Positions 1 to 9,611 of a stretch of 64,000 nt of DNA are shown piece after piece. The DNA is from Candidatus Undivivens industriae (GTDB lineage Bacteria; Omnitrophota; Gorgyraeia; Gygaellales; Profunditerraquicolaceae). The notes under the pieces were generated by a model. The model was not told the origin of the DNA and made no database searches. It saw nothing but the letters and a program-made list of their open reading frames with translations. The position numbers and the translations under genes were made by a program. Where the stretch lies: positions 7,479 through 71,478 of the forward strand of contig JAAYZR010000015.1 of NCBI GenBank assembly GCA_012514745.1. Reading direction: 5' to 3'. Each line of letters starts with the position of its first letter. The first letter of the stretch is position 1.

Positions 1-977
1 AACCCGCAGGAAACCCCGATGTTAATCAACGCCCTGATGCAAAGTAAAGAGACCAGTCCGAGGCTGAAAAAATAACTGAACTTATCGGGCGAATTCTTTA
101 TTATCTTGACGCCCTGCAGTATAAATACCATGAACAAAAGCACCACCCCCACCGTTCCTATAAGTCCGAGTTCCTCTCCCATAATGGAAAAAATGAAATC
201 CGTATGAGCGGCCGGAAGATAAAAAAGCTTCTGTTTGGAATGCCCCAGCCCAACCCCGAAGAAACTGCCGGACCCCAGAGCGACCTGCGACTGTATGATC
301 TGGAAACCGGTGCCGCGCGGGTCGGCCCAGGGATTGAGGAACGCCAGTATGCGCATCTTGCGGTAAGGCACCCGGAAGATCAACAGATAGAGAGCCGGTA
401 TGGACGCCAGGAACAACGACAATAAATAAGATACCCTTGTCCCGGCGACGAAAAGCATGATAAGCACGGTAGCAGCCAATGCCACCACCGTTCCCAGGTC
501 CGGTTGGGCGAGTATCAGCACCACCGTGCAGCCCATCGCCGCCATAGGAGGAAAGAAACCTTTCCAGAACGAACGTAGTAGATTATCCTTGCGGGCGATA
601 AAATCGGCTATATATGCTATCAGCGCCAAATTGGCCAGCTCGGAAGGCTGGAAACTTATAAACTTGAAACGGAACCACCTGCGCGCGCCGGAGACCTCGC
701 GGCCGAGTCCGGGGACCAGTACCAGCAACAGCAGAAACAAGCAGACCAGAAGCAGAGGTTTGGAATAACGTGAAAATTTCCGGTAGTCGGAGACCATGGC
801 CAGAAACGCCAGCAGCATCCCGAACAGCAGAAAACAAATGTGCCTCTTCACGAAGAAAAGGCTGTCTTTATACCTGTCCAGCGCGTAGATACTGGAAGCG
901 CTGTAGATCATGACAACGCCGATGCATATCAAGGCCAACGTCACGGCAAAAAGCGTTATCCTGATATTCCTTATCAT
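1..977 (-). CDS. ftsW: Cell division protein FtsW/RodA (SEDS family), partial (runs off window start)
   Basis: Manual translation of the minus strand from ATG at 977 gives MIRNIRITLFAVTLALICIGVVMIYSASS…PDLGT…IINIGVS, a polytopic SEDS protein. The ATGA overlap with the murD stop (974) matches the dcw cluster position. It was not in the ORF track because it has no stop inside the window. Confidence 0.8.
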   Translation of the reverse strand, partial: MIRNIRITLFAVTLALICIGVVMIYSASSIYALDRYKDSLFFVKRHICFLLFGMLLAFLAMVSDYRKFSRYSKPLLLVCLFLLLLVLVPGLGREVSGARRWFRFKFISFQPSELANLALIAYIADFIARKDNLLRSFWKGFFPPMAAMGCTVVLILAQPDLGTVVALAATVLIMLFVAGTRVSYLLSLFLASIPALYLLIFRVPYRKMRILAFLNPWADPRGTGFQIIQSQVALGSGSFFGVGLGHSKQKLFYLPAAHTDFIFSIMGEELGLIGTVGVVLLFMVFILQGVKIIKNSPDKFSYFFSLGLVSLLCIRALINIGVSCG

Positions 978-2239
978 AGCCGTTCCCCCAGCGCGGAGAA
1001 TTCCGCCTTGAACGCCCGCCCCCGCTCTTCATAATTGGTAAACATGTCGAAACTGGAGCACATGGGAGACAACAGCACATAATCGCCCGCAGAAGCTTCC
1101 CGGAAGGCCTTTTGCACGGCGTCCGGCATCCCGGAGGCGTATTCCACAGGCACGCACCCGCCCAGGCAATCCCTTATCTTGTCTTTCGCTTCGCCTATCA
1201 GCAACAGCTTTTTCACCTTTCCCTTCGCGGCTTTGGCTATCAAAGAGTAATCGCATCCCTTATGCCTGCCGCCGGCGATCAGGAACACCCGCCCATTTAT
1301 GTTGTTCAGGGCCCACAGCGCAGATTCGGCGGTGGTCGCTTTGGAATCATTGATAAACTTTACCCCGCGCTTCTCCCCCACGAATTCGAAACGATGCTCT
1401 ATGCCGCGGAAATCTTGAAAGACCTTAACGCAGAGATCCGGGGTTATCCCGAGCAATGAAACTGCGGTCTTTACCGCGCTCTGATTCGGATTCAATCCTT
1501 CTTCCTCGCGGAAATAAACGGCCCTGGATCGCGCCTCTTTTTCCAATCCGCGCAAATACCGGTCCGACGGATTGAGCAAAAGAAAGTCTCCGTCTCCCTG
1601 GTTCAAATAAATACGTTTCTTCGCCTCGAGGTATTCCCTCATCCCCGGGTACCTGTCGAGATGATTCCTGTTTAAGTTCAATATCACAGCTATCCATGGC
1701 CTGAAATCGCGTATCGTCTCCAATTGGAAAGAACTAACCTCAAGACAGACAAAATCTTCGGCGGCCATTTTTTCCACCTCTCCGCAGAAAGGAGCTCCGA
1801 TGTTGCCGCAGACGAAAGCTTTCTTCCCGGAAGCCTTAATGACTTCCCCGATAAGAGTGGTAACAGTGGTCTTGCCGCTGGAGCCGGTGACCGCGATCAC
1901 CCTGGCCGGACAAAGCATATACGCGGCTTCTATTTCCCCTATCACCGGTATGCCGGCCTGCGCGGCGAAACCGAAAACCGGGCTTTGCGGGCCCACCCCC
2001 GGAGACACCACCACCATTTTGCTCCCGTCAAGAAATTCACGCGTGTGCCGCCCCAATTCGACCTCGATATCAGGAGAACAGAGTCCGCCCGCCGCCGTCC
2101 TGGTGAGCATACTGTCGCAGGCGTCGGTCACTCCTACGCGCGCGCCTATCCTGTATAGGAGATTGGCGCAGGCGACGCCTGAACGCGCCAGTCCCGCTAC
2201 CACGATTTTCTTCCCCTTGAAAAACTCCTGGTTTTTCAT
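974..2239 (-). CDS. murD: UDP-N-acetylmuramoylalanine--D-glutamate ligase
   Basis: 421 aa with an N-terminal Rossmann motif (KKIVVAGLARSG) and a Mur ligase ATP-binding motif (GSSGKTTVT). It lies between mraY and ftsW. Confidence 0.9.
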   Translation of the reverse strand: MKNQEFFKGKKIVVAGLARSGVACANLLYRIGARVGVTDACDSMLTRTAAGGLCSPDIEVELGRHTREFLDGSKMVVVSPGVGPQSPVFGFAAQAGIPVIGEIEAAYMLCPARVIAVTGSSGKTTVTTLIGEVIKASGKKAFVCGNIGAPFCGEVEKMAAEDFVCLEVSSFQLETIRDFRPWIAVILNLNRNHLDRYPGMREYLEAKKRIYLNQGDGDFLLLNPSDRYLRGLEKEARSRAVYFREEEGLNPNQSAVKTAVSLLGITPDLCVKVFQDFRGIEHRFEFVGEKRGVKFINDSKATTAESALWALNNINGRVFLIAGGRHKGCDYSLIAKAAKGKVKKLLLIGEAKDKIRDCLGGCVPVEYASGMPDAVQKAFREASAGDYVLLSPMCSSFDMFTNYEERGRAFKAEFSALGERL

Positions 2240-2286
2240 CTCCCGTCTTTCATCCTTGTGTTCTTAATGCTTGAGGACCGAAATCA

Positions 2287-2354
2287 GACCATCTCGCCGA
2301 CTTTTCAGCGGCGGATTCTGTGCGCTGTTTAAAGAACTTATTTAACAGCGCACT
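2287..2354 (+). repeat. Family-2 partial copy (right-end module plus terminal hairpin) in the murD–mraY intergenic region
   Basis: GACCATCTCGCC…GCGGCGG…GTGCGCTGTTTAAAGAACTTATTTAACAGCGCACT has an 11-bp perfect stem. It aligns with the right ~70 bp of copy A. Confidence 0.8.
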
Positions 2355-3444
2355 ACCTCAACTTCAGCGTTACCAGCGTCAGCAGCGCCAGAAGTCCGGC
2401 CACTATCCAGAAACGCACGATCACCTTGCTCTCCTGCCAGCCGAGAAACTGAAAATGGTGGTGCAGCGGGGCTATCTTGAATATGCGTTTGCCGGTCAAT
2501 TTGAAAGAAGCCACCTGCAGTATCACCGAAAGCGCTTCCAGGACGAACACGCCACCGATGACGACCAACAACAGCTCTTTCTTTATCAACAGCGCGACCG
2601 TTCCCAGCGCTCCGCCCAGAGCCAGAGATCCCACGTCGCCCATGAATACGGACGCGGGATAACAATTGTACCATAAAAAACCCAGCCCGGCGCCGAGTAT
2701 GGCGGAACAAAAGACCGACAGCTCCCCGGCGCCTCTTATGTAGGGAATGAAAAGATAACTGCTGAAACGTATATTGCCCGCGACGTAACTCAATATCCCC
2801 AGCGCCAGGGCGGCCATGACCACGTTCCCGGCGGCAAGTCCATCCAGCCCGTCGGTAAGATTAACCGCGTTGGATGACCCGGCGATGACCAGCGCGGCGA
2901 ATAATATATAAAACACACCCAGGTCTATTGTGACCTCCTTCATAAAGGGGATGTCCAGGGCGGTCCCGTACTGGCCGTCTAAAAAAATAACTGCCCCCGC
3001 TATCAACCCCAACACCAGCTGGCTCGCGAGTTTCTGAGCCGCGCTCAGGCCCTTGGAACGCTTTCTGACCTGCTTCAGATAATCGTCCGCGAAACCGGTA
3101 AGCCCGAGCCAGAGAGTGACCGTCAGAGCGATGATAATGTTCTTGTTAAGCGCTTCCGACCAGAGCAGCGTGGAAATAAAGACAGCCGCCAGTATAAATA
3201 TCCCGCCCATAGTGGGCGTATCCTGCTTGTTTATCTGCAGTTTGTAAAGTTCGCCGCTCTCTTTATTATTGCGGATGTTCTCCCCTATCTTTTGCCGTCT
3301 GAGCATGTTTATTATCCGCGGGCCGAGAATCAAACTGAGCAGGAACGCGGTCAAAGCCGCCATCGCCGCCCTGAAGGTGATGTAACGGAATACGTTGAAA
3401 AGAGCTATTTCTCCATGCAGGGGATAAAAAAGGTAGTATAACAT
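2353..3444 (-). CDS. mraY: Phospho-N-acetylmuramoyl-pentapeptide transferase
   Basis: MLYYLFYPLHGEIALFNVFRYITFRAAMA… is the canonical MraY N-terminus and the protein is polytopic. The track ORF begins at a TTG (3480) inside a REP copy. The likely true start is ATG 3444, preceded by GGAGG. Confidence 0.9.
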   Translation of the reverse strand: MLYYLFYPLHGEIALFNVFRYITFRAAMAALTAFLLSLILGPRIINMLRRQKIGENIRNNKESGELYKLQINKQDTPTMGGIFILAAVFISTLLWSEALNKNIIIALTVTLWLGLTGFADDYLKQVRKRSKGLSAAQKLASQLVLGLIAGAVIFLDGQYGTALDIPFMKEVTIDLGVFYILFAALVIAGSSNAVNLTDGLDGLAAGNVVMAALALGILSYVAGNIRFSSYLFIPYIRGAGELSVFCSAILGAGLGFLWYNCYPASVFMGDVGSLALGGALGTVALLIKKELLLVVIGGVFVLEALSVILQVASFKLTGKRIFKIAPLHHHFQFLGWQESKVIVRFWIVAGLLALLTLVTLKLR

Positions 3445-3465
3445 ATGCCTCCGTGTATTCTTCTT

Positions 3466-3536
3466 ATTCCGGGGACACAATACTTAATTCACGCCCGGCT
3501 GTGTTTATGATAATTAAGTATTGTGTCCCCGGAATT
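3466..3536. repeat. REPIN: inverted pair of 25-bp REP (AATTCCGGGGACACAATACTTAATT) with a 22-bp spacer, in the murF–mraY junction
   Basis: Forward copy at 3466..3489, inverted copy at 3512..3536. It contains the murF stop codon. Confidence 0.9.
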
Positions 3537-4950
3537 CAAACACTTTCTCCATCCGCATCCCGCGCGAACCTTTGACCAACACGAGGTCTCTGCGGGTAAC
3601 CTTAAGCGTATCGCGCAGAATACCGGCTGCTTGCGCGGAATCAGCGCAGCAGAATACCTTGTCCGCCGCGAACCCGGCATCCAGCGCGGCCCCGGCGGCG
3701 GCGCGGGCGAGCCCGCCGACAGCCACGAGGACATCGCATACCCCGGCGGCCCGCGTTCCGGCCAGGCGGTGAAACTCGCCGGAGTCCGGCCCCAATTCCA
3801 GCATATCCCCCATCACCAGCACTTTCCTGCCTACGGCGGTTATCGCCCCCAGAGCCTCGACGGCACGCTCAAACGAAAGCGGATTGGAATTATATGTATC
3901 GTCTATGAACACCGTCACATCGCTCTTGAACAGGCTCATCCTGCCGGACGGAAAATCAAAACCGCCTAATTTAGCGCATATCCGATCGTAATCTATACCG
4001 AGTATCCTGCCGACCGCGGCCGCGGCCAGGGCGTTATAAACGTTATGCGCCCCCACGGTCTTCAACCGGCATGGGATTTTCCTCCCGCGCCCGAGCAGAA
4101 ACTCCACTCCGCGCCGCGTGGTTTTTATCCCGGAAGCGATAAAATCGGCTCCCGGAGACATCCCGTAACCGAATGCCCGGCGCCTCTTGACCAGCGGAAA
4201 CAGCATTTTATCGTCGGCATTAAGTATCGCTGCCCCCGGGCGGCGCAGGAATTTCAACAGAGACGCCTTTTCCTTCAGAACCCCGTTCAAACTGCCGAAA
4301 TGTTCCAGGTGAGAAGGCCCTATATTGGTAATAACGGCCATTGTCGGCCTGCAGACCGCGGCAAGATAAGCGATCTCGCCCGGGTGGTTGCTACCCAGCT
4401 CAAAGACAGCCGCCTGGTGCGAGGCCTTCAACTCCAGCAACGCCAGCGGCATTCCTATATGATTATTCCTGGTGCCCCGGTTTTTCAACACCCTGTAACC
4501 GGCGGAAAGCGCGCAGGCGATCATATCCTTGGTTGTGGTCTTGCCGTTAGAACCGGTCACGGCGACCACCGGTATATCGAAACGCATTCTGTGGAAATGC
4601 GCGATAGCGGCAAGCGCCCTGACCGTGTCTTTGACCACAACCACGTCCGGCCCTGACGGTATCCCTGAAAGGCCGCGCCTTGCCGTAACCAGACAGGCAG
4701 CGCCTTTGCGCGCCGCCTCCGCCAGAAAATCATGCCCGTCGAAATGCTCCCCTTTAACCGCGACAAAAACCTGACCCGGCACTACAGAACGGGAATCTAT
4801 AGAGACACCGCGCATACTCCTCTCAACGCTGCCGGGACGTACCAGTCCCCTACTGGGACGTGCCAGCCCCCTACTGGGACGTGCCAGTCCCGTACAGGGA
4901 CGTGCCAGTCCCCCGCCGGTAGCCTTCAGGATCTCTGAGAGCGTAAACAT
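3514..4950 (-). CDS. murF: UDP-N-acetylmuramoyl-tripeptide--D-alanyl-D-alanine ligase
   Basis: 478 aa with Mur ligase motifs (GSNGKTTTK). The last 7 codons and the stop lie inside a REP copy. The N-terminus contains 4×21-bp tandem repeats (4834..4917). Confidence 0.9.
   Translation of the reverse strand: MFTLSEILKATGGGLARPCTGLARPSRGLARPSRGLVRPGSVERSMRGVSIDSRSVVPGQVFVAVKGEHFDGHDFLAEAARKGAACLVTARRGLSGIPSGPDVVVVKDTVRALAAIAHFHRMRFDIPVVAVTGSNGKTTTKDMIACALSAGYRVLKNRGTRNNHIGMPLALLELKASHQAAVFELGSNHPGEIAYLAAVCRPTMAVITNIGPSHLEHFGSLNGVLKEKASLLKFLRRPGAAILNADDKMLFPLVKRRRAFGYGMSPGADFIASGIKTTRRGVEFLLGRGRKIPCRLKTVGAHNVYNALAAAAVGRILGIDYDRICAKLGGFDFPSGRMSLFKSDVTVFIDDTYNSNPLSFERAVEALGAITAVGRKVLVMGDMLELGPDSGEFHRLAGTRAAGVCDVLVAVGGLARAAAGAALDAGFAADKVFCCADSAQAAGILRDTLKVTRRDLVLVKGSRGMRMEKVFEFRGHNT
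4834..4917. repeat. Intragenic 4 × 21-bp tandem repeat in the murF 5′ coding region
   Basis: GGGACGTRCCAGYCCCCTACT ×4. It encodes the N-terminal (T)GLARPSR heptapeptide repeats of MurF. Confidence 0.85.
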
Positions 4951-6395
4951 TCCCTCACGACCTCCCTGTCGTCGAAATGCAGTTTTTCCGCGCCGATTAT
5001 CTGGTAATCCTCGTGCCCTTTGCCGGCGACCAGCACGATATCCCCGGCCGCTGCCATCTTCAAAGCCGCGGCTATCGCTTCTTTCCGGTCGGGCACCACT
5101 CGGTAATTATCGCTTTTCATACCCTCTTCTATGGCGGAGATTATCGAAGCCGGACTTTCGGAACGCGGATTATCATTGGTAACCAGCGCGTAGTCGGAAA
5201 GTTCCGAGACTATCCCTCCCATAAGAGGCCGCTTCTGCCTGTCCCTTTCCCCCCCGCATCCGAACACGGTAATGATGCGTCCGGAAGAGAATTGTCTGAG
5301 CGACGAAAGGACCTTTTCCAGCGCGTCCGGAGTATGGGCGTAATCCACGTAAACGGAGTAGCCGCGCGGAGAATCAATACGTTCCATCCTTCCGGGGACA
5401 TAAGAGAAACTCTCCAGCGCGGTTTTGAGCGTTTTCCTGTCTATGCCGGAACACAGGGCCCAAACGGAAGCCGCCAGCGCGTTGTAAACGTTGTGCCGGC
5501 CTACGAGAGCCGTCCGAAACGACTCCCCGCAGTCCGCGCCTTGCGCCGTGATCCTGAAACTGCTCTCCTGCCCGGAAAGCCGGATATCCACGGCTCGAAA
5601 ATCGGAGCCTTCCAGCAGGCCGTAGCCGTTCACCGCGGCCGCGGTCATCCCGGCCAAGCTGCGTCCGCGTTCGTCGTCGGTGTTGATGACGCAAAACGCC
5701 TTGTCGGAAAGCCCGGAGAACAACAGCGCCTTGGCCCGAAAATATTCTTCTTCCGTTTTATGGTAATCAAGATGATCCCGGGTCAGGTTCGTGAAGACGG
5801 CGGAATGGAATTCCACACCCTCCGTCCTGCGCTGATCAAGCGCGTGTGAGGAAACCTCCATAACCGCGTAAGACGCCCCCTTTTCACGCATGGACGATAA
5901 AAGTCTCTGCAGTTCCACGGCGCCGGGGGTGGTGTTGGTAGAAGGCAGGACTTCTTCTCCCATCCTGTAATTCACCGTGCCTATCACGCCGGCCTTGCCC
6001 CCGGAACAGAAAATGATATGCTCCAGCAGATATGTCAGGGTAGTCTTGCCGTTGGTGCCGGTTATTCCCGCCACCTTGAGTTTCGAAGAAGGCTCCCCGT
6101 AAAAACGCGACGCCAACCTGCCCGCGGCAGTTCTCGGATCTTCCGTTACCAGGCGGGCCACGCCCGCCGGCAGTCCCTCGAGCGCTTTGACATTTCCGGC
6201 TACGACGGCCGACGCGCCTTTGGAGACCGCTTCCGGGATGAACCTGTGCCCGTCCGTTCCGCAGCCGGGCACCGCGATGAAAAGCTCCCCCTTGATAACG
6301 CGCCTGGAATCCACGCATATCCCGCGGATGTCGCGGTCCGGGCCTTCGTCAATCCTCGATACCGCCGTTCCCGAAATCAATCTGCTTAACTTCAT
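4926..6395 (-). CDS. murE: UDP-N-acetylmuramoyl-L-alanyl-D-glutamate--2,6-diaminopimelate ligase
   Basis: 489 aa with the GTNGKTT motif. It overlaps murF by 25 nt and ftsI by 47 nt. Confidence 0.9.
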   Translation of the reverse strand: MKLSRLISGTAVSRIDEGPDRDIRGICVDSRRVIKGELFIAVPGCGTDGHRFIPEAVSKGASAVVAGNVKALEGLPAGVARLVTEDPRTAAGRLASRFYGEPSSKLKVAGITGTNGKTTLTYLLEHIIFCSGGKAGVIGTVNYRMGEEVLPSTNTTPGAVELQRLLSSMREKGASYAVMEVSSHALDQRRTEGVEFHSAVFTNLTRDHLDYHKTEEEYFRAKALLFSGLSDKAFCVINTDDERGRSLAGMTAAAVNGYGLLEGSDFRAVDIRLSGQESSFRITAQGADCGESFRTALVGRHNVYNALAASVWALCSGIDRKTLKTALESFSYVPGRMERIDSPRGYSVYVDYAHTPDALEKVLSSLRQFSSGRIITVFGCGGERDRQKRPLMGGIVSELSDYALVTNDNPRSESPASIISAIEEGMKSDNYRVVPDRKEAIAAALKMAAAGDIVLVAGKGHEDYQIIGAEKLHFDDREVVRECLRSQRS

Positions 6396-8097
6396 TTAAC
6401 TTCCATACCTCCTCGACAGACTGTTTTGTCTTCAGATACCGCAAAGTATCGGATACCACGTTCCTGAACACCGGGGAAGCGACCACTCCGCCGTAATAAT
6501 AGGGCCGCGGCTCGTCGAGCACTACCGCAACCACCAGCGCAGGTTCCTCGGCCGGCGCGAAGCCGACGAAAGAAGCGGTGAATTTACTGTGAGAATACCT
6601 GCCGTCCGGCTCCAGCTTCTGGGCGGTCCCGGTCTTTCCCCCGGCGGTAAAACCCGGGACCTGGGCGAGCTTACCCGTGCCGTGCTGCACCACCCCGGTG
6701 AGTATCTTGCGCATCCTGGCCGCCGTTTCCTGGGAGATCACCTGCCGGATCGCCTGCGGCTTGAACTCCTGGATGGCCTCACCATATTTGTCCCTCACCT
6801 CGCTTACCAGGTAAGGCTTCATCAAAGTCCCTCCGTTGGCGATAACCGAAAAAGCGCAGGCCAGTTGCAGAACGGTCACACCGATCTCCTGTCCCATCGG
6901 CATCGTGGCTATCGATATCTTCGACCATTGTCTCGGATTCTTTGCCACTCCGGAGATCTCTCCGGGGATATCCACTCCGGTCTTGGCGCCGAACCCGAAC
7001 AGCTTGATATAACGGTAAAACTCCGCCGGCCCGAGCTTCTGGGCGATCTTGGAAGTGCCGATGTTGCTCGACTGTTCAATCACCTCGCTGAAAGTGAGCC
7101 AGCCGTGCGAACGGTGATCGTGCAGAACGTGGCTGGCTATGCGGTAGGATCCGTTCTCACAAAAGAACTTCTCGTCCTCCCGGCTTCTCTTTTCTTCCAG
7201 CGCCCCGGCGGCCGCTACTATCTTAAAGACCGATCCCGGCTCGAACATATCGCATACCGCGCGGTTGCGCCTGCTGTCCTGGGAGGAAGACGAATACTCA
7301 TTAAGGTCGAACGTCGGCCTGTTTGCCATAGCCAATATCGCCCCGGTATGCGGATTCATCACCACGATACTCCCGCCTTTGGCGTTGCCCGACTCGTAAG
7401 CCTTCTGGAGTTCTCGCTCGGCGATATACTGGATCACGCCGTCGATGGTCATCACCACGTTGTCGCCGTCTTTAGGCAGGACCATGTTCTCCCATATCTC
7501 AAGCCGTTTCTGCCTGGCGTCGCGCAGGAAATAAGCCCAGCCTCCCTCGCCTTTGAGATATTTGTTATATAAAAGTTCGTTCCCCTCCAGCCCGTTATTA
7601 TCTATGCCGGCGAACCCTATCAGGTGGCTGGACAGGTAACCGTTGGGATAACAGCGCTTACTTTCTTTAACGCAGCCGATACCCTTGATGTTAAGCTTCT
7701 TCGCTTCTTCGCTCTGCTGAGGGGTCATTTTCCGCTGCAGCCAGATGAAATATTTTTTTCTCCCCAGGCGCTCGCTTAAATAAGAACGTTCGACTCCGAG
7801 TATAGGCGCCAGCTGTTTTATCGCTCGCTCCTTGTCCGCTGACGACATCCCCGCAGGCGAGGCGAAAAGCGAATCCGCCGGTATGTTGATGGCCTGCGGC
7901 CGCAGATTGATATCGTATATCGTCCCGCGGCGCGGTTCGAGCTCGACGTAAAGGTTATGCTGTTTACGGGCTATCGAGGCGAGGTATTCTGAGCGAAAGA
8001 ACTGGATGAATAACAATCGTGCTACGCAGAGAAAAAGAAAGAAGAAAAACAGAAAAAAGACCGCATTGAAGCGGCGGCGGTAGGTGGCTATATACAC
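6349..8097 (-). CDS. ftsI: Penicillin-binding protein transpeptidase (FtsI/PBP3-like)
   Basis: 582 aa with an N-terminal TM helix, a PBP dimerisation region and a transpeptidase domain. It has the SxxK-type motif context (GSVFKIVAAAGALE), KTGTA, and a dcw position. Confidence 0.85.
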   Translation of the reverse strand: MYIATYRRRFNAVFFLFFFFLFLCVARLLFIQFFRSEYLASIARKQHNLYVELEPRRGTIYDINLRPQAINIPADSLFASPAGMSSADKERAIKQLAPILGVERSYLSERLGRKKYFIWLQRKMTPQQSEEAKKLNIKGIGCVKESKRCYPNGYLSSHLIGFAGIDNNGLEGNELLYNKYLKGEGGWAYFLRDARQKRLEIWENMVLPKDGDNVVMTIDGVIQYIAERELQKAYESGNAKGGSIVVMNPHTGAILAMANRPTFDLNEYSSSSQDSRRNRAVCDMFEPGSVFKIVAAAGALEEKRSREDEKFFCENGSYRIASHVLHDHRSHGWLTFSEVIEQSSNIGTSKIAQKLGPAEFYRYIKLFGFGAKTGVDIPGEISGVAKNPRQWSKISIATMPMGQEIGVTVLQLACAFSVIANGGTLMKPYLVSEVRDKYGEAIQEFKPQAIRQVISQETAARMRKILTGVVQHGTGKLAQVPGFTAGGKTGTAQKLEPDGRYSHSKFTASFVGFAPAEEPALVVAVVLDEPRPYYYGGVVASPVFRNVVSDTLRYLKTKQSVEEVWKLNEVKQIDFGNGGIED

Positions 8098-8316
8098 AAC
8101 TATATAATAAAGATTATACCGGCGCCGGGTTCTGCGCCGCGCCGGTTTACCGGGGAAGGGCCGTTTCTTCTCCTCCAGCCGGTAATCGTCTGATTATCGG
8201 AATATCCGCCCGCCGGGCCTCCCAGGGCCGCGCGGCGAGATATCTGTCCCGGATGTAAACGCGGGATCTTATACAATAATTGCTCCGGATTGCACTGCCT
8301 GCCGCAAAGCGGAAAG

Positions 8317-8685
8317 TCAATGCTGGATCGTGTGCGCTTCCGCCTGTCTCTTTATGCTGAATATCCTGGAAGCCAGCGTGAAAACACCGCCCTCTTCCCG
8401 GCCGGCCGGCGTTCCGCTCGCAACGGAGCCCACTTTCACCACCCGGCAGGTATCCGGCATCTGGAACTGATCGTCCCTGGAGACCTTATTCCCTATCCGT
8501 ATCAGGGAAGCGCTCTTCTCTATATTGTAACGCAGAACGTTGTTCTTATCGAGAAGTTCCTGGAAGGCTGATTGTTTCCTCTCCCCCTCGTAAGCCAGAC
8601 GAAAGATCTCCGCCTGTTGATAAACGTAGAGAACGGAAAAGACCGTACCTAACAATATGACGACTATTAATCGCGATATTCTCAT
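8317..8685 (-). CDS. ftsL: Cell division protein FtsL-like (bitopic)
   Basis: 122 aa with a single N-terminal TM helix followed by a coiled-coil-like region. It sits between rsmH and ftsI. Confidence 0.65.
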   Translation of the reverse strand: MRISRLIVVILLGTVFSVLYVYQQAEIFRLAYEGERKQSAFQELLDKNNVLRYNIEKSASLIRIGNKVSRDDQFQMPDTCRVVKVGSVASGTPAGREEGGVFTLASRIFSIKRQAEAHTIQH

Positions 8686-8686
8686 T

Positions 8687-9610
8687 TTACCGCCTTTCCG
8701 CCACCCGCAGCTTGGCGCTGCGGCTGGGAGGATTATCCTTTATTTCGCAAGTGGTAGGAGTCAAAGGTTTGTGCGTTATTATATCAATCTTCCCCGCCGA
8801 AGCAAGCTCCCGGAAAGCCAGCTTTATCGTCCTGTCTTCCAGGGAATGAAAAGAGATAACGCAGAGCCTGCCGCCCCGCTCAAGCAGGTCCACGGCTTTG
8901 TTCACCGCGCTGCCCAACACCTCCAGTTCCCTGTTGACGGCGATTCTCACCGCCTGAAAAGTGCGGGTGGCCGGATGCAGACGCTGATGGCGGAACCTGC
9001 CGGGGATAGCCCGGAGCACGATATCGCTCAACTGACGCGTCGTGGAGATCGGAGATTTCTGGCGTTCGCGCACCAGCAGGCTGGCTATGCGGTTGTGCCA
9101 CCTCTCCTGCCCGAAATTCCGCAACAGCGACGATATCTCTTCCTCATTCAGATTGTTCACCAGGTCGTAAGCCGAAATATAACTATTCCTGTCCAGCCGC
9201 ATGTCCAACGGCCCGTCGTTCTGAAAGCTGAAGCCGCGCTGGGGATTGGAAAGTTGATAGGAAGAAATGCCCAGATCCATCAGTATCGCGCCTGCGCCGG
9301 TCACGCCGAAAGAAGCCGCCACCTTGTCGATATCGTAAAAATTGCTGTAAGCGAGGTCGAAAGAACCGCTGTAAGCCTCCAGCCTTTGTCCGGCTATCCG
9401 CAGCGATTCCTCGTCCCTGTCTATGCCGATCAGCCTTCCTGCCGGCATGATGCGCTCCATAAAGGCCAGGCTGTGTCCTGCCGTACCCACGGTGCAATCA
9501 ATGACCGTCATCCCGGATGCCGGACGCAAATACTCCAGGACTTCGTTAAGCATAACCGGATGATGAATTACTGGCTCCATAACCTGTTCCTGCATTACGC
9601 CTGTGATCAA
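8687..9610 (-). CDS. rsmH: 16S rRNA (cytosine1402-N4)-methyltransferase RsmH (MraW)
   Basis: 307 aa: HxPVMLNEVLEYL…VIDCTVGTAGHS…GIDRDEE SAM-methyltransferase motifs. Confidence 0.9.
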   Translation of the reverse strand: MITGVMQEQVMEPVIHHPVMLNEVLEYLRPASGMTVIDCTVGTAGHSLAFMERIMPAGRLIGIDRDEESLRIAGQRLEAYSGSFDLAYSNFYDIDKVAASFGVTGAGAILMDLGISSYQLSNPQRGFSFQNDGPLDMRLDRNSYISAYDLVNNLNEEEISSLLRNFGQERWHNRIASLLVRERQKSPISTTRQLSDIVLRAIPGRFRHQRLHPATRTFQAVRIAVNRELEVLGSAVNKAVDLLERGGRLCVISFHSLEDRTIKLAFRELASAGKIDIITHKPLTPTTCEIKDNPPSRSAKLRVAERR

Positions 9611-9611
9611 C

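Noticed and set aside
4977-7572. Plus-strand ORFs 4977..5849 and 6589..7572
   Set aside because: They are antisense to murE and ftsI.
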